DNA of 64,000 bases from Rubrobacteraceae bacterium (GTDB lineage: Bacteria; Actinomycetota; Rubrobacteria; Rubrobacterales; Rubrobacteraceae): assembly GCA_035645375.1 (NCBI GenBank), contig DASQMR010000353.1:12555-76554 (forward strand), in the 5' to 3' direction. Of the stretch, positions 62,245 to 64,000 are shown one piece after another (position 1 is the first letter of the stretch; each line of letters begins with the position of its first letter). The notes under the pieces are model-generated. The model searched no databases and had not been told where the DNA came from. It worked only from the letters and a program-made list of their open reading frames with translations. The position numbers were made by a program, and so were the translations under genes.

Positions 62245-63032
62245 GCTGGACGAAGTGTTCGACGACCGGGGTCGGTCCGTGGGGGTTTGCTCGGCGCGGT
62301 ATTGCCGGGGGCATGAGCGAGTACATGGGCGGAGACAGCCCGGCGGACGCTCTCCTCCTGACCGTCCTCCAAGGCTACTTCTTGGAGAGGATGCGTCACG
62401 AGGTCTTGTAGCGCGGCAAGGACTCCCTGCGGCAAAGGGAATGAGTCTCCGGCAAGTCCGGCCTCGCGACTCACAGAGCGGCATCCGGCGCAGAGCACAC
62501 CGCCCAAAGGCGGTGCAAAGTAAAGGAGACCTTCGCGGGCGATCTCGGCTAGATCGCGCTCGCAGCTTACGCAAGCGTCGAGCCGGGGAGTGTACCCTGC
62601 GAGTATTGATAGCTTCAAGGCGAAGGCAGAGCCCACGGCCTCAAAGCCCGTCTCGCGCCCCTCAAGCGCGTCGAGTGCATGGTAGAGAAGGTTGAAGATG
62701 CGGCGATCCGCCTCGTCTCCCCCGGAGAGGGCTCGGACAGCCCAAACCATGCCGCCCGCCGCTTCGAGGCGCTTCAAATCCTCGCGAACGTCGTGGAAGG
62801 AGCGCAAGACTTCAACCTGCGTCACGGTATCCAGAGTGCGGCCCTCGTAGGCGAGAAAATCGACGCAAGAGAGCGGTTCGAGCCGTCCGCCGAAGCGTGA
62901 CTTGGTGCGCCGGATACCTTTGGCTATCGCTGAGACGAGACCGGCATCCCGCGTGTAAAGGTCAAGGATGCGGTCGGCCTCGCCATAACGGATCGAGCGC
63001 AGCACTATACCCTTACTCTTGTAGACCGCCAT
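62241..63032 (-). CDS. recO: DNA repair protein RecO
   Basis: GEADRI, AKGIRR...SRFGG, CxxC...CxxC. Confidence 0.95.
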   Translation of the reverse strand: MAVYKSKGIVLRSIRYGEADRILDLYTRDAGLVSAIAKGIRRTKSRFGGRLEPLSCVDFLAYEGRTLDTVTQVEVLRSFHDVREDLKRLEAAGGMVWAVRALSGGDEADRRIFNLLYHALDALEGRETGFEAVGSAFALKLSILAGYTPRLDACVSCERDLAEIAREGLLYFAPPLGGVLCAGCRSVSREAGLAGDSFPLPQGVLAALQDLVTHPLQEVALEDGQEESVRRAVSAHVLAHAPGNTAPSKPPRTDPGRRTLRPA

Positions 63033-63720
63033 CTTCGGCCTCCCGCATAATCTCTACGCTCCCGCTCGCCCCGATCCTCGACGCGCCAGCGTTGAGAAGG
63101 TCGAGTGCATCATGCAACGTTCTTATCCCCCCGGCTGCCTTTACCGCCAATCCCTCGGGGGCCTCTTGCCTGAGAAGCGCGACGTCGTCCGGGGTCGCCC
63201 CACCAGGTCCGAAACCGGTCGAGGTCTTGATGAAGTCCGCGCCGCTGGCCGCCACGATCTGCACGGCCAACCGCTTCATCTGGTCCGACAGATAAGCCGT
63301 CTCAACGATGACTTTCAAAACAGCGTCGTTGAGCCCGTTGTTCATCGCCACCGCCCCGACCTCGCCGTTGAGACTTGTCAATTCGTCGGCCACATAGCCA
63401 AAATCGCCCGAGAGAAACCTCGAGACGTTCATCACCACGTCGAGCTCGACGGCACCGCCCTGGATCGCATCACGCACCGCTACCGCTTTTACCGCCGTTG
63501 TGTCCGCGCCAAAGGGGAAGGAAATCACCGTTGCTACCTTCACGTCCGTCCCGCGCAACTCGCGTGCAGCGAGCCTTACATAGCACGGTAGTATGCACAC
63601 AGCCGCGAAGTGGTGGTACGCAGCTTCCTCACACAACTGTCGCACATCAGCCTCTGCTGAGTCCGGTTTGAGGAGGGTGTGATCCACGGTCTTTGCAAAC
63701 TCCCGTACCCTCATCCCCAC
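63013..63720 (-). CDS. deoC: Deoxyribose-phosphate aldolase
   Basis: DHTLLKP, ELDVV, FIKTSTGF, KAAGGIR, RIGAS. Confidence 0.96.
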   Translation of the reverse strand: MGMRVREFAKTVDHTLLKPDSAEADVRQLCEEAAYHHFAAVCILPCYVRLAARELRGTDVKVATVISFPFGADTTAVKAVAVRDAIQGGAVELDVVMNVSRFLSGDFGYVADELTSLNGEVGAVAMNNGLNDAVLKVIVETAYLSDQMKRLAVQIVAASGADFIKTSTGFGPGGATPDDVALLRQEAPEGLAVKAAGGIRTLHDALDLLNAGASRIGASGSVEIMREAEDGGLQE

Positions 63721-63770
63721 GGGTCACGCTCCTCAAAATAAAAACGACGACAGCCTTCTTACAGACCGAA

Positions 63771-64000
63771 TTATAACCCCAACCGCTCCAAGAACCGCGG
63801 ATCATTCCTCCAGCCAGGAGTAACCTTTACCTTCAGATCCAAGTAAATGCGAGTACCGAGGAGACGTTCTACGTCGCGGCGGGCCTCGATCCCGATCTGC
63901 TTGATAGCCTTGCCATGTTTTCCTAGCACGATCATGCGCTGCGAAGCTCTCTCGACGTGGATGATGGCATAGATGACTGTCACGTGATCCTTGCGTTCGA
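63771..64000 (-). CDS. era: GTPase Era (C-terminal KH domain, partial)
   Basis: VERASQRMIVLGKHG...LDLKVKV...WR; begins upstream of the window. Confidence 0.9.
   Translation of the reverse strand, partial: ERKDHVTVIYAIIHVERASQRMIVLGKHGKAIKQIGIEARRDVERLLGTRIYLDLKVKVTPGWRNDPRFLERLGL

Overview
A GC-rich (roughly 60-65% by eye) core-genome segment. About 68 protein genes and 2 tRNAs lie on the minus strand; there is no mobile element, CRISPR array or rRNA. Actinobacterial markers (mIHF-gmk-rpoZ-coaBC-metK, PyrR site over the SD, degenerate PriA) occur together with ftsA, pyrK and pilMNO, which suggests a deep-branching actinobacterium such as Rubrobacteria (inference). Order in transcription direction: era(partial)-deoC-recO-dgt-LOG-dnaG-tRNA-Asn-tRNA-Ile2; dcw cluster (mraZ to ftsZ, lacking murE and murB); pgeF-yggS-sepF-proC-yggT-divIVA-yggU-rluD; pyrRBC-carAB-pyrKD; mIHF-gmk-rpoZ-coaBC-metK-priA-def-fmt; acetyltransferase-like-pilD(frameshifted)-pilMNO-PilP-like; aroCKBQ-efp-nusB-ispA-tlyA-nadK-recN-pyrG-hypothetical-ald-like-scpAB-rluB-aroA-cmk-plsC(partial). 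The most interesting signals are: (i) several intact ORFs that lack catalytic residues (an Ald-like protein in tandem with an M20-like protein behind pyrG, the CoaC domain, a PglD-like protein, PriA); (ii) a type IV pilus operon decaying at its 5' end; (iii) probable CTG start codons; (iv) a sharp GC drop inside fmt. No clearly novel multi-gene system could be established from the sequence alone.
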